From NCBI RefSeq assembly GCF_006345805.1, contig NC_043009.1, positions 68,634,001 through 68,698,000 on the forward strand: DNA of 64,000 nucleotides, read 5' to 3'. Position numbers and translations under genes: made by a program. Every line of letters starts with the position of its first letter. Within the stretch, counting starts at the first letter, position 1. Shown here piece after piece: positions 39,045-52,094 of this stretch. The DNA comes from Octopus sinensis (lineage: Eukaryota). The notes below the pieces were generated by a model. That model saw only the letters and a program-made list of their open reading frames with translations. It made no database searches and had not been told where the DNA came from.

Positions 39045-39273
39045 AGCCTTTCAGTATTTAAAGCAGCCATATCCGGCCAAAATATTCTTCCTGGTAAAGG
39101 TTCAAACTGACCGGCTCCTGCTTCTCACACCTACCCTACAATGTCATTCTAAAAAAACAAAAAAATGTCACATCATCGAAATCTCAAGGATACAAGATAA
39201 TGCAGGATGAATTCCAAGCAATGTAAATAAATAAGCAGAACATTTAACAGAGTAATCTGAATGCTGGAGGGTT
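39045..39273. mobile_element. piggyBac-like MITE
   Basis: Ends are CCTTTCAGTATTT and GAATGCTGGAGGG|TTAA. Body shared with 18985-19175 and 60750-60963. Confidence 0.55.
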
Positions 39274-42200
39274 AAATCAACTATCTCTTTAAACGAGGAG
39301 TAAAGCATCAGTGGCTGGCTCGCTGAGGTATTCTTGGGGGCCTTAATGATTCCCCCACTTGCCAAATGACATTTTACAAAAGTTTGTTAAATTTAATAGT
39401 TGTGGGCTAATAGAAACAACTGATGGGTTTTAGCTTTTTGTTTTACAATCTTAATTATTATTGACACAAGCATTGCCAGTGATGGAAATTGGATGAGGAT
39501 ATTTTCACATCATCTAATGTCCACTTTTCCATGCTTGCATGGGTCAGACAGAATTTGTTGAACACTTTCTACAGCTGGATGCCCTTCCTGTTTTCCACCC
39601 TCACCAACTTCAAAGTATGGTCATATTTCACTATGGAAGACAGGAAATGAACATCATTTACAATCATTAAATAAGGTCAAGAGAAGGAAACACACACACA
39701 CACACACACACACAGAACAGGCTTCTTTCAATTTCTGTCTACCAAATCCACTCACAAGGTTTGGGTTGGCCCAAGGGCATAATAGAAGGCACTTACCCAA
39801 GGTGTATATTGTAAAATATATATACGTGATACTAAGAAAATATAAAAAAATTTAAAGTGGGCTTCAACAAAAAAAGTTGCTAATCCATGCTTTAAATGAT
39901 AACATGAAGCCTGTTCTTTTGTTTGTTTGTTTTTTTTGGTGGGGGAGGGTTCCCCCTAAAAAGAGAAAATTGTGATGATCTCATTTTCTCCAAGGGTATT
40001 TAGACACAAGAGAAGAGAATACAGAGTGTACAAAGACCCCCAACAACATATGAAACTTCATTTTAGACATAGTCTTTATAACTCTGAATTTTTAGAACAT
40101 GACTCATTCTCTTAATCCTTTACACACCAAGTTATAAATAATATTTTTAGTCCTCAACGACCAGTTAAAAATGATCTCTTAGAAACCAGATGTTTGCTAA
40201 AATATCAATGTTTGTGGGTGGGCATTTGAATGCACGTTTGCGAGCAAACATGTATTTGTGTGCATGCAAAATATAATTTGTGCATGCATTTGCATGTGAA
40301 GTAAAAAGAAAACATGAAATTTGTAGAGGTTTTTACATAGAGTAATAACAATTTTAGTCCAACTTCATTACTGGGTTATATAATTAATTACATTCATCCT
40401 GTGTTAAATATTTGATTGAGTCTCTCATAGAAGAAATGCACTTAGCACCCAAAACATTTTCTCTAAAATTCCAAGTGAAGTCTGAATTTCTAGATACTTC
40501 AAACCTGTTGTACAACCATTTTTTTTTTTCTTTTTGAGCTGTAGAACTTACTCTATTAAAACTGAACCATGTTCAACTACGAGAGAGTTTTCAATGTTTT
40601 GCCTGTTGTTAGTCTTAAAATTTTATAAAATTGCCAATATAAACTGGAGACTTAAAAGAGAAAAAGAGTGGGATGAGAGCCTAAAATCAACAACTGCAAA
40701 GAGTGTAAAATTGCTGAAACATTTACGTTAAAAGTAAACATGTCAATTAACAAGACTGGATAAATACCATCATGATTGTTAGATAATCATCGCTATTATG
40801 TACAAGGGATATCAGAAGTTTGCACTTGCTAGAAATAGTGAAGTGTATTTAAAATCTCTCACTGGATAGTTCCATTGATCTACAGTTACTTGTATTAAGG
40901 CTGTTTGAAAACATTGCAAAGTATATTACTATGAATATAATTTTCAGCAATGAATAAGATAAATTTAATTTCAACCACAGTTCAAAATACACCAACAGAA
41001 TGAAATCTTATTGACAAATTTTCGTGGAAAAATTCTAATTTAAAAAATGTAATAAATATTCAATCATCTAAAACAAAAAAAAATTAACAATATTTATCAA
41101 ATACAATTTTAAAATATAAAATCAGGTTTTTAATGATGTTCAACATTTTTATGTTATTATTTGATTCAATTCAACTGATAAGGACCACTGTCAAACAGAA
41201 TCATGTCACAAATTTTTTTTTTTTTCAATTAAATACATTCAATGTGATATCCCCAGTATATCTACAAGAAGGTTGTTCAATTTAGTGGACTGATAGAACA
41301 GAAATTAACCCCAAAATTATACGCTATTATAACCTGGGCCAAGATCAAATGCTACAAATGTTTCATAATATTTGGAGTTATGTACAAACAATTACAATGC
41401 TGGCCTCCTTGTCTACAGTTATATTAATTATCAAATAAATTCACTAGAGACCTTACACAAAGTCCTAATTAGATTAAAAAACTAGTTATCAATATTCAGT
41501 CATGGTTCTCCTTAAATACAAAGCATAAATAATCAAACACCTGATCTAAAACACACATTATTTTAAGAAATCCAAACTGTGGTTTAAGGTACAAATAAAA
41601 AGAAGTGAGAATCATTTCCAAGCAAGATTACAGTTATCAGAAAAATATTTAGTGGGAGAGGTCTTAGTCAATTACATCAACTTTGGTCAGGATTTGAACT
41701 TAAAACAAAGAATAAGAACAAATACTGCTCAAACGAATCAGCTGATCCACTACTCTTGGAATAGGTATTATAATGAATTCAGAACTTAAAGGACTGCAAC
41801 AAATACTGCAAGGCAGTTTGTCTGATTCGTCTGACACTCTCAAGATTCCAGAACCTCTTATGCTCCACATTAATTTAAGAACATGAACTTCATATTCCCA
41901 CCACACTAGTTTACTGGTGCCTTACACTAACTACTATCTTGCACAGTACAGTATTAATACTAATGTATAGGTAATTGTATTTCAGCATGGAAAGCAGACG
42001 CTAAACGATGATGATGATGATGATGATTCGTTTAAATTTAGAATGTAACCACCCCTGGTTCAGAAAAATTAGTAATCCGTAATGACTTTGGAACCAAGGC
42101 TCTAAAAAATCAATATTATACCTATATTAAAAACTGCTATCTACAGAAGCTACTCACAGCAGTAAGATAAAATTCAGAATCTGAAAACAAATTAACATAT

Positions 42201-43319
42201 TGCTATTAATTGTCAAGCCATTTTTTTTTTTTTGTTCGGGGTTCAGTCAATTCTGAATTATTCAAATAGTTTAAAAGTAGACTAACACATGAACACATTT
42301 TGCAACTGACTACTACCTACACTGTCAAGTGCACACACACACACACACACACATACACACACACACACACACAATGATCATATATATTCAGAATTCATTG
42401 ACTTGTGGAATTGAGTGATATAATGGTAGCTTCGCTTTAACAAAAAATAAATTCCAAGTTTCAGATACTCAATACCTACACAGTATTTTAAGAAGTCGAT
42501 TAAGAAAAAAAAAATCATATTTCATTGGTTATTCCTTTGGATGTGTTAGGATTTGAAACAGTGACAATAGCCTGTGCTAGATGACAGGTGCTATATGTTC
42601 AATAACAAGATACCTGCTACTACAACTATTTCACAAAAGCAATTAGTAATTATATGAAATCTTATGCTAAGCTGAGTTCACATTTGACCCCTTTCAAAGG
42701 AACATTGTACAGGTCAACAAAAAACAAAGACTAAAATCAATACATCGTGATCAACTGAATCATATATTTATCTGCTTTTTCTGCTGACTAACAGATTTTT
42801 TTTCTCTATCATTTAGCTGTGTATGTTGAACATAAAATGGAATATCTAGGAATTAAAAAAGAAAAATTATATCTAATGATAATGTACAATATTCTAAGAT
42901 TAGTTAAGCAAACACATGAATAGAAAATAATTTACATATTTTCAACCTCTTTCTGGTGTCAACATAGTGAACACAATATGTGATCGTCCTAAATTAGATG
43001 CAGAGCAAATAACAATGCAGAAATGCATCAAAATGCAACTTGCTGAAGAGATTCACAGACTCAGTTTGCAAGAAATTCATCTTCATCTAATACAAAGAGA
43101 TAAATGATAGATAATAATAATAAAGACATCCAGCTTTTGTGCAACAGATTTATGAGAAGGGTTTTAGTCTTGTGAGCAATGAAACAACTTTAGTGCTGGG
43201 GCTGCAAAAAAGCACCCTGGAGACTCTGTAAAGTGGGTTGGCATCAGGAAGGGCATCTTGCCAAAACAGAGACATTGGAACAAGAGAGAGTTTTCCTACC
43301 AATTGGATCTTATCTAACC

Positions 43320-43547
43320 TATTTCTTTATTACCCACAAGGGGCTAAACACAGAGAGGACAAACAAGGACAGACAAACGGATTAAGTCGATTATATCGAC
43401 TCCAGTACGTAACTGGTACTTATTTGATCGACCCCGAAGGGATGAAAGGCAAAGTCGACCTCGGAGGAATTTGAACTCAGAACGCAGCGGCAGACGAAAT
43501 ACTGCTAAGCAATTCGCCCGGCGTGCTAACGATTCTGCCAGCTCACC
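43320..43547 (-). mobile_element. Young SINE family B copy with perfect 16-bp TSD, nested in an RTE tail remnant
   Basis: TSD TGGATCTTATCTAACC at 43304-43319 and 43548-43563; CpG-rich body; the flanks (43195-43610) are the two halves of an RTE 3' tail. Confidence 0.9.
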
Positions 43548-46500
43548 TGGATCTTATCTAACCATCCAAATGATGACAGCATGGAAAGCAGATGTGAAAA
43601 TGGTTTTGGTGATAGCTCAGTCACGAATCACTGTCCAAAGTACATGATCATTATTTTATTGGTGGCAAAAGGGATAAAAGGCGAGACTGACCCAGAGAGA
43701 ACTTGAATTCAGAATGTGAAGAGACATCCTGATATATCATTAGGCATTTAGTCCAGCACTAAATTACAACAGCAATAACAACAATATAGTAATGTTTTCT
43801 TTATACACCACAAGGGCAACAGATGAAGCACGAAGACAACAGCAAGGACTTCTCACTTGAAAACAAAATCGATTTCGAATGTTGTAACAGTAATATGAAC
43901 AACATTGATAATATTTTCTCTCGTAACAATAGTTAGAAAAACTTTATGAAATAGAGAGCAAATTACAAAATGGGAAGATTCAATGATATCTAAGTTCTCT
44001 AGGTTTCATTATTATTTTATAACAATAAACCCATAATGACATAAATTATTTAACATGGTGGAGCAAGGAAACAAAACCATTCTGTTGAAATGCCATATAA
44101 ATATTAAAATATATATGAAGAAAACATTAGAAAGGAGAAAAAAATATGCCTGGGAATATTTATAAATGAATCAACAAAATGCTTTTTGATTTAAAATTAC
44201 ACAAAAGTATATATCTAAAAACAAAAAAAAAATTACAGATTTGTCTTTGACTAAATGGAGACATAAAAAATGTCTAACGAATAAACAGCACCTTTAAGAT
44301 TTGAAAAATGCTTTCACATGTTTTTGTGTGTGTATACACATTCACAAATTCATGTATACACACTCATACATATGTTACATAGACACATGTGCTAGTGTGT
44401 AAAGATTTGCATATACATGAAAACTGTGTATGTGTGCATGCACACACAGACATTTCATTATATCCATGCACATTGCTATATTATAATCTTTCCATCCATG
44501 CCAGAATGGCAATGGCTTGCAGCATCTGTAAATGTTTAATATTTGAAAATTAGTGCACGCTTCACTGATGTTGCTGCTAACAACTGCAGCCAATTGTGTA
44601 TTCATGAAGTAGAAGAAGCAGGCACAATTTCAGTGAGGCAGAGTGAAGCAGAGCAATGTTCTGTGTGAAACAACTCAATAATAATAGCAATGTTTTTTTA
44701 TGCTTTAATGTAGCCTTGCCAGGGCACCGGCTTCAAGGGTTGGTCAATCAGATCATCCCCGTTACTCATTTCAGTCAGGTGTTTGTTTTATTGAACTGTA
44801 TCATTACAATATGCTTTTTGGTAACACTGGTAAAACATAAAACAGACATCAATGTGCATATGCTATGTGTTGCTGCACAGCTTCTGTCCACCAAATTTTT
44901 GCAGGATTTTCAAGGAGCTGACCAATCGAGCAGAGCCATAATAGTTTTCAGTGTTATTATGAAGCCTTTGGTCATCCCCGAACAAGTAGGCTCATCATCA
45001 AATGTGTTCAGGCTTTGACCATTCTGGCCAATGATCAATTCCATCCGTCTAATGAGTCATTCCTTTTTAAAGTCAGTAGGTTATGAGTTCAGAAAGATTT
45101 CATTGCTATTTCTAGCAGACCAGGTGACCACACAGAATCTCCCGTATTGGTCTATATTACTATTAGAGTTATTATATAGGAGCAAACATGGATAAGCACA
45201 AGCATGCCACTTTGGGCAAGTGTCTTCTACCAGGCAACCAAACAGGAGTAGACTTGATAGAGAGAAATAGAAAGAAGCCCATCATGTGTGTGTGTGCACG
45301 CATGCATGCATGCGTGCACATGTGTGTTACTTTCCCCTTGCTGTCATATCCTGTGAGAGAGACACTGCCAAGTTAATGTTTTCAACATGCAAGCATTGTT
45401 CTTCAGACATGTTTTCACAGAACATTGGAAATGGTCATGGAGAAATACTATCTCATTTGAAAAAAAATAGAGGATTGGCAACGGGAATGGCGTCCAGCCA
45501 TAGTAAATATCCATCTCAACAAATTTTGTCTGAACCTTGCGAGGTTGGAAAGGTGGACATTAAAATGAGGTTATTGTTGCTGCTGCTGTTGTATGCAAAT
45601 AGGAAAAACAATGCTAATTGTCCAGATAAAAAAAAGGGAAATGAATTAAATTGGTCATGGCTATTGAATTTCAAGGTCAGCATACTAAGACAGGTATTTG
45701 ACAGGACACCAGTTCTTAATGTAGGAAGGTAACGGTATGAGTAATGTGAAAAGGAAAAAGGTTGAGTTCAACAAGTTAATGCTAAGGATGAGTGAGAGCA
45801 AGCTATTTGGGGAAGAGACTGCATCATAATTTTCATGTCTATTTTTACTCAAATAGTCCTGCAGTATGTTAAATTATCATAATCAGTGGCATCTCGTATT
45901 TAAGGTAACACACCTCGAGAACCAACAGTATCTTCGCATGTCTTGCCAAGCTTTCCCCTACCACAGGGACCTTCATCACTTAGTATTATCGATAAAACTG
46001 GCCAAGAGAAGGTACAACATGACAGCAACACACAGAGCTTGAAGAATCTCAGAAAGAAGCAGATTTTTGATCCAGCAAATTGATTTTCTTCTACGGATAG
46101 ATTCAAATGCCAATGCCACTAACCAAAAGATGTGCCTTTTATCAGAAAAGTAATATCACATGTTAAGAGACATCAGGACTTTTCTTTGTTTTTTAAGAAT
46201 CAGCTTTTTCGTGCCATTCCACTTAACTGACACCCCACCACTTTGAGAAAGGCATGAACTCCACACAATCTCATACTTTGCTGTAAGGTTTTGCCAGATG
46301 ATTCCGTATGGTTATGCTTCAAAAGACTGAGTTGACATAATTATCAAACAAAAAGTATTACAATTAGTGTAATACTTTGTGTAGATCTCCAATCTCAGTT
46401 TGATTAAACTTTACCTTTAATACTTCCACAACAGGGAGTTTGGGAAAATAAAAACAGCAGCCAAATGAATCCACAACAGTAATATCATTCTACTACAGCA

Positions 46501-46687
46501 GACTCCACTATTCTCAACTCTAAAACAGTACAATGTTACATCCTGAGGTTATTTCTGTATTACTCATCACAAATACTTGCCTTGTTTGTGATTCGAAAAC
46601 CACACACTGCATACAATCCCTCACTGTGGGACTTCCTTCTCCACCAATAATGGATCCTTTCACAGGTGCAATATTACAGCTATTCTA

Positions 46688-46894
46688 AGGCAGTGAGCTG
46701 GCAGAAACATTAGCACGCTGGACAAAATGTTTAGCGGTATTTCATCTGTCTTTACATTCTGAGTTCAAATTCCACTGAAGTCAACTTTCATCTTTTCGGG
46801 GTCAATAAATTAAGTACCAGTTGCATACTGGGGTCGATATAATCGACTGGCCCCCTCCCACAAAATCTCGGGCCTTGTGCCTAGAGTAGAAAAG
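46688..46894 (+). mobile_element. SINE family B copy with 18-bp TSD
   Basis: TSD AATATTACAGCTATTCTA (46670-46687) and AATATTACATCAATTCTA (46895-46912). Confidence 0.85.
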
Positions 46895-48148
46895 AATATT
46901 ACATCAATTCTAGTAGTCATGACAAGATCCTTCCAAAAAGCTATACATCTAACTTTACAAGCATTGTTAGTTTGTCACCCAGGCAACATTTAATGGATTT
47001 ATCAGGTTGGTGTAGAGTGACTCAGAGTGAGACTAGGGAGGAAAATAAGGCTAATGTTTTAATGTTTTCTCTATAATTCATTACACCTTTCAGTGCAAAG
47101 GGTGTGGAAAGAGAAAATATTGGTCAAGCCAACTTGTCATACCATGTGATATGAGCAAGAGGAAGTGGTACGACTGTTACCCACTGAGGATTACCAAGTC
47201 ACACTAAGCCACTTTTATGGAACCAGGATATAAGTTTAATCCTATAGTTGCATATATACACACAAAAGATTAGCACAAACATGGATTTACGGAAACTAAA
47301 TGCATCTGACACAAAAGTCTAAATGTTTCCGAAACCTCACAAAAATCTTTTAGGATCAACGCTTACTTCGAGATTTTGGAAACATGTTAGTCTATCACAA
47401 GTGACAGTCCCAGACAATTAGGCATCTATTCCTGACAGATTTAGGAAATCTTGAATTGCATTCTTCACAGCTGGAGCGATTGAGGTGATATGCTATTGTG
47501 ACATTTGTCAAGCCCAGTGATGCAATACAACACCTACATCAGAACTGATCTGAGGAGTTAGGTTATTATCGATGTGGGGGGGTGTTTGTGGGGGGGTGAA
47601 TAAACCATTACCACTATATTTTCTCTACACATTTACCAACCATTTAGATTGTTATCCACTCAAACGCTAGTGTGGGCACAGGTATGCAACTATAAACACA
47701 TATATATTTAGACTGTACACACCTTCACACACACTCATACTGAGCACATAACGTTTTCACAGGTAACACCATAAAAACACATTCTCTCTCTCTCTCTCTC
47801 TCTCTCTCAACATATAGATAAATATCAACACAATAGAGGGGGTTTTTGTGGTGGTGGTGGGTTCTGTATATCTGATTGAAAATTCTAATTTAATGCCCAA
47901 AATGATTATCTGATTGCTGCCCTCTGGGAGTCAGTTAAAAAGGTCCACTGCCTCACATTTATTGATCCTGAAATCTGTTTTATATGTAGAGATGTGCTTT
48001 CATTAAATGAAATTATTGTTATTTCATGAAAACTGCAACTGAAGCTTTCAGATTAACACAACAGTAAAACAGAAAATCAATAGTTTTAAAAACACAAGTA
48101 TCCCAAAATATTAAGATCCCCTCCCAATTCTTTGCAATGCAATTCTTT

Positions 48149-48626
48149 CTACAATTCTATATTTAAGAGATGAGGAAATTATTTACATTATTTACATTTG
48201 ACGGATATTTATCCTCATCTTGCTTGTTGTTAACACAACATTTTGGCTGATATACCCTCCAGCCTTCATCAGGTGTCTTGGGGAAATTCTGAACCTGGGT
48301 TCCCATTCCTAAGGTATTTTCCTGTCTTATTATTATTATTTTTATTATTATTATTATTATTATTATTCAGGTCACTACTTGGAATCGAACTTGGAATCTT
48401 GGGGTTAAGACTATGGGCTTACTAACCCCAAGATTCCGAGTGCGATTCCAAGCAGTGACCTGAATAATAATAATAGTAATGATAATAACATCGAAAAGTA
48501 CCTTAGGAATGGGAACCCAGGTTCGAAATTTCCCCAAGACACCTGATGAAGGCTGGAGGGTATATCAGCTGAAACATGTAAACAACAAACAAGATGAGGA
48601 CAAATAGTTGTCTAATGTAAATAATG
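48149..48626. mobile_element. Head-to-head inverted pair of a tRNA-headed element with a hammerhead-bearing (Penelope-like) tail
   Basis: Arms 48185-48407 and 48423-48627 are reverse complements. Each has a box B-like GAGTTCGATTCC, a (TAA)n tract and a CTGATGA...GAAAC motif. Candidate TSD TGCAATTCTTT at 48138-48148 and 48627-48637. Confidence 0.75.
48538..48580 (+). ncRNA. Minimal type I hammerhead ribozyme remnant (mirror copy at 48232-48277, minus strand)
   Basis: Right arm: GACAC-CTGATGA-A-GGCTG(GAGGGTATAT)CAGCT-GAAAC-ATGTA. Left arm: GACAC-CTGATGA-A-GGCTG(GAGGGTATAT)CAGCC-AAAAT-GTT-GTGTT. The two-arm consensus has a complete core, a 5-bp stem II and stem I GACAC/GTGTT. Confidence 0.65.
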
Positions 48627-49524
48627 TGCAATTCTTTGTTTCATTAACAATGATCATTAAAGGAGGCAATGCCTTTGTGATTTTTTGGTGGAGTTAAGAG
48701 GATAGGTAGTACCCTTGACCCTTTATAAGGACTCAAACTAGTGGGAAGTTAATAAAACTGGATACCTGATTCCCAATGTTTACAACAGAGTGGGCTGATA
48801 ACCCTTTAACAATCATATTACTCAAATGTAATCCACCTTAAAGGGTTTCTAGTCAAATAAATTGACCTTCAGTATATATGCTTTTTTTAAAGATGGGTAC
48901 TTATTCTATCAGTCTTTTTTTTTTAGCTGAAGTTACAGGTACGCAAACAAACCAACACCAGCTGTTAAGTGATGAGTGCAGACAGGCATAAACACAAAGA
49001 CAGGATCCTTTCAGTTTCGGTCAACCAAATCCACTCGCAAGACTTTGGTCAGCCCTGGGTTATAATAGAAAACACTTATCCAAGGTGCCAAGTGGTGGGA
49101 CTGAACCTAGAACCATGTGGTTGGGGAGCAGACTTCTTGCCATATTACCACACCTGATGGCATCTTAATGAAAAAATTAATCATCATCATCATTATTATC
49201 ACTTAACGTCCATTTTCCATGCCGGCATGAGTTAGACAGTTTGACAGGAGATAGTAACATTTTCAAACTTGTTTTTTTAACTTTCTAAACTATCTAAAAT
49301 GTCTTTTATGATTTAATCCTAGTAACAACAAAGCAATAAAACTTTATACATAATGATGCAATCAGATTTAAGATTAACACAGTTTGAGATAAATGAATCA
49401 ATCAAGCTATTTGCTTTAACATTACTTTTTTCTTTTCTTTTTTTTTTCTATCTATTAAGTAAATTTAGTCTCATCAAATGATGATCTACAAAGAAGTTCA
49501 AATATATTTTCGAGTCAGAAATAC

Positions 49525-49835
49525 TTTTATTCATTTCAGTCATTAGACTGCAGCCATGCTCAGGCACCGCCTTGAAGAATTTTAGTTGCAGGAATGGACC
49601 CTTGGTACTTGTTTTATCAGACACCTTTGCCAAACTGCTAAGGTCCAAGGATACAAGCTCACCAACGCTGGTTAACAAACAGTGGTGAGGGACAAACACA
49701 CACACACACCAAATCCACTCACAAGTCTTTGATTGACCCAAGACTATAGAAGATACTTGTCCAAGATGTCATACACTGGGACTGAACCTGGACCCACATG
49801 GTTGGGAAGCAAACTTCTTACCACACAGCCATACC
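49525..49835 (-). mobile_element. SINE family A copy with internal deletions
   Basis: Head and tail match 14063-14458. Another partial copy lies at 48845-49155. Confidence 0.7.
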
Positions 49836-50117
49836 TGAGCCTAAATATTAAAGATCCATTCATAAACCTAATTTTCACATTTCAAAACCTGTTTCCTAAA
49901 ACTCCCATCTCATCTCACTGCCAAGCCCCACCTTCTTTTAACGATCCTATTAAAGACTCCTAGTGTATTACTGAGACTGTAGAATATCGGTTCATCTGAA
50001 TTTTTTTTTAAAAAAGATAATGGAATTCAGTGATTCTGAAGTTCCAAAAATCTCAAACCAGTGAATTCTAAAGTTTGACACCTTAGCATGAATAAAATGC
50101 CTTTAGTGTTCAAATGA

Positions 50118-50252
50118 AATGAATGGTACATGTGGCATTCTGACAATGAATGGTACATGTGGCATTCTGACAATGAATGGTGCATGTGGCATACTGACAA
50201 TGAATGGTGCATGTGGCATTTTGACAATGAATGGTACATGTGGCATTCTGAC
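50118..50252. repeat. Minisatellite, 27-bp unit AATGAATGGT(A/G)CATGTGGCATTCTGAC x5
   Basis: Direct reading. Confidence 0.95.
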
Positions 50253-50277
50253 AATATATATAAATATATTGTCAGAA

Positions 50278-50648
50278 TGCCAAATTAATGTGGCAGCCTA
50301 GAGAAATAGGATGAATGCTCCAAGAGGCGATTGCCTCTAGCTAGCTATATGACACACGAACCTGTGTCCAAAAATCTTCAAACAGGGGAGGTCATCAACT
50401 TCCCTTTCCTGGCTTGGCATCCACAGACTGGTTTTAAGGTGGTTGCCCTTGATCAATATGGAGCAGCCAAGTTCAGCAGGGGTCACTGTTGACCTCTGTT
50501 TGAAGGTTTTATTTATATATATTCAGTGAAACACATTCACTGATTTTCAAAAATAGAAATGTTATAATTTCTAAATCTCTCTAAAGGAGAGATTTAGTAC
50601 TGGGTATTAACATTTATTGCCAAACTAACGTGGCAGTCTAGAGAAATA
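50278..50648. other. Unclassified structured element with 31-bp terminal direct repeats
   Basis: TGCCAAA(T/C)TAA(T/C)GTGGCAG(C/T)CTAGAGAAATA at 50278-50308 and 50618-50648, with at least six inverted repeats between them. Confidence 0.6.
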
Positions 50649-50679
50649 ATGATACTACTGTATCATTAAAAAAAAAAAA

Positions 50680-51005
50680 GGCGTAGCTGTGTGGTAAGCT
50701 TGCTTCCCAACCACATGGTTCAGGGTTCAGTCCCACTGTGTGGCACCTTGTGAGAGGATTTCATAGATGGAAACTGAAAGAAGCGCATCACATATATATA
50801 TATGTGTCTGTGTGTGTGTGTGTTCCTACCACCATTGCTTGCCAACCAGTGTTGGTGTGTTTACGTCCCCGCAACTTAGTGGCTCAGTAAAAGAGACTGA
50901 TAGAATACCAGGCTTACAATGAATAAGTCTTGGGGTCGATCTCTTTGACTAAAAAGGCAGTGCTCCAGCATGGCTGCAGTCAAATGACTGAAACAAATAA
51001 AAAAA
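50680..51005 (+). mobile_element. SINE family A copy
   Basis: GGCGTAGCTGTGTGGTAAG...GGTTCAGTCCCACTG...CAGTCAAATGACTGAAACAAATAAAA. Confidence 0.8.
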
Positions 51006-51484
51006 TAACATCACCAATCCTCCTCTTTCCTTAAATCATTCTCTGAAGCAAAACATGAAACTAATCTCAAAAAATCTTTTCTTTGTTTTTTTTTTATCGT
51101 GCATCAAGAATTTTCAGTTCGTTATAACGAGAGACATTAAATTAATTTGTGAAAATAATTCATTCAGTGATTTTAAAAACTTATAACAACCATTATTACA
51201 CTTTGCTGATGAATCCTTTTCATCTTTAAGTAATTCTGCAAAACAAGAATATCTTCTCACAAATCCTATTTATAGCTTCTGATAAATACAGATAGAAAAG
51301 GTCAACAGATAATGCATGCAATGCTGGTATTGAAATGCCAAAGAGCTAGATGGAGTTTAAATGAAACAATAACTAATTAACAGGTAATGAAATACCACAA
51401 AGCATTTCTGTCGTTTTATCATTCTGATTTTAAAAGAAACAAGCTAACCTCTTATTCCAGCACAAAAGTTTCAGAAAAATAAAG

Positions 51485-52085
51485 ATCATCATCATTTAAC
51501 GTCCGCTTTCCATGCTAGCATGGGTTGGACCATTTGGCTGAGGTCTGGTGAACCAGACTCCAATCTGATCTGGCAGAGTTTCTACAGCTGGATGCCCTTC
51601 CTAACACCAACCACTCCGAGAGTGTAATTGATGCTTTTTACATGCCATTGGCACGAGGGCCAGTTTGGTGGTACTGGCAACGGCCACACCCAAATGGTAT
51701 TTTTTACGTGCCATCTGCACAGGAGCCAGTCCAGCGGCACTGGCGACGACCTCGCTCGAATGTTTCATGTGTCACCAGCACAATTGCTAGTAAGGCGACG
51801 TGGTAACGATTACGCTCGAATGGTGTGCTTAATGAGCTATCGGCACGAAGGCTAGCTTGTTGCTCTGGCAATGCTCCACTACCAACGGATGCCAGTCACC
51901 GAGTTTGACTTCGACTTCACTTGCCCCAACTGGTCTTCACAAGCAGAGTTTAGTGTCCAATGAAGAAAAGGCATGCATAAGGTCTTGGTCTTTAGCTCTG
52001 TTTATAAATGGCATCAGCATTATGGTCACACTTGCGCTTGCTGAGTCTTCTGCAGCACAGCATACTTCCAGAGGTCCCGGTCATT
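51485..52085 (-). mobile_element. RTE LINE 3' fragment (end of ORF plus full 3' UTR)
   Basis: Reverse complement of the 34440-34715 region continuing to the (TGA)n tail. This physically links the short tail fragments to the RTE ORF. Confidence 0.85.
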
Positions 52086-52094
52086 AAATCAGTA

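Noticed and set aside
45900-46680. Higher-complexity, coding-looking segment
   Set aside because: The frames I translated are interrupted by stops, and only a faint HAF..GC motif was seen. That is not enough to assign a family; BLASTX would be needed.
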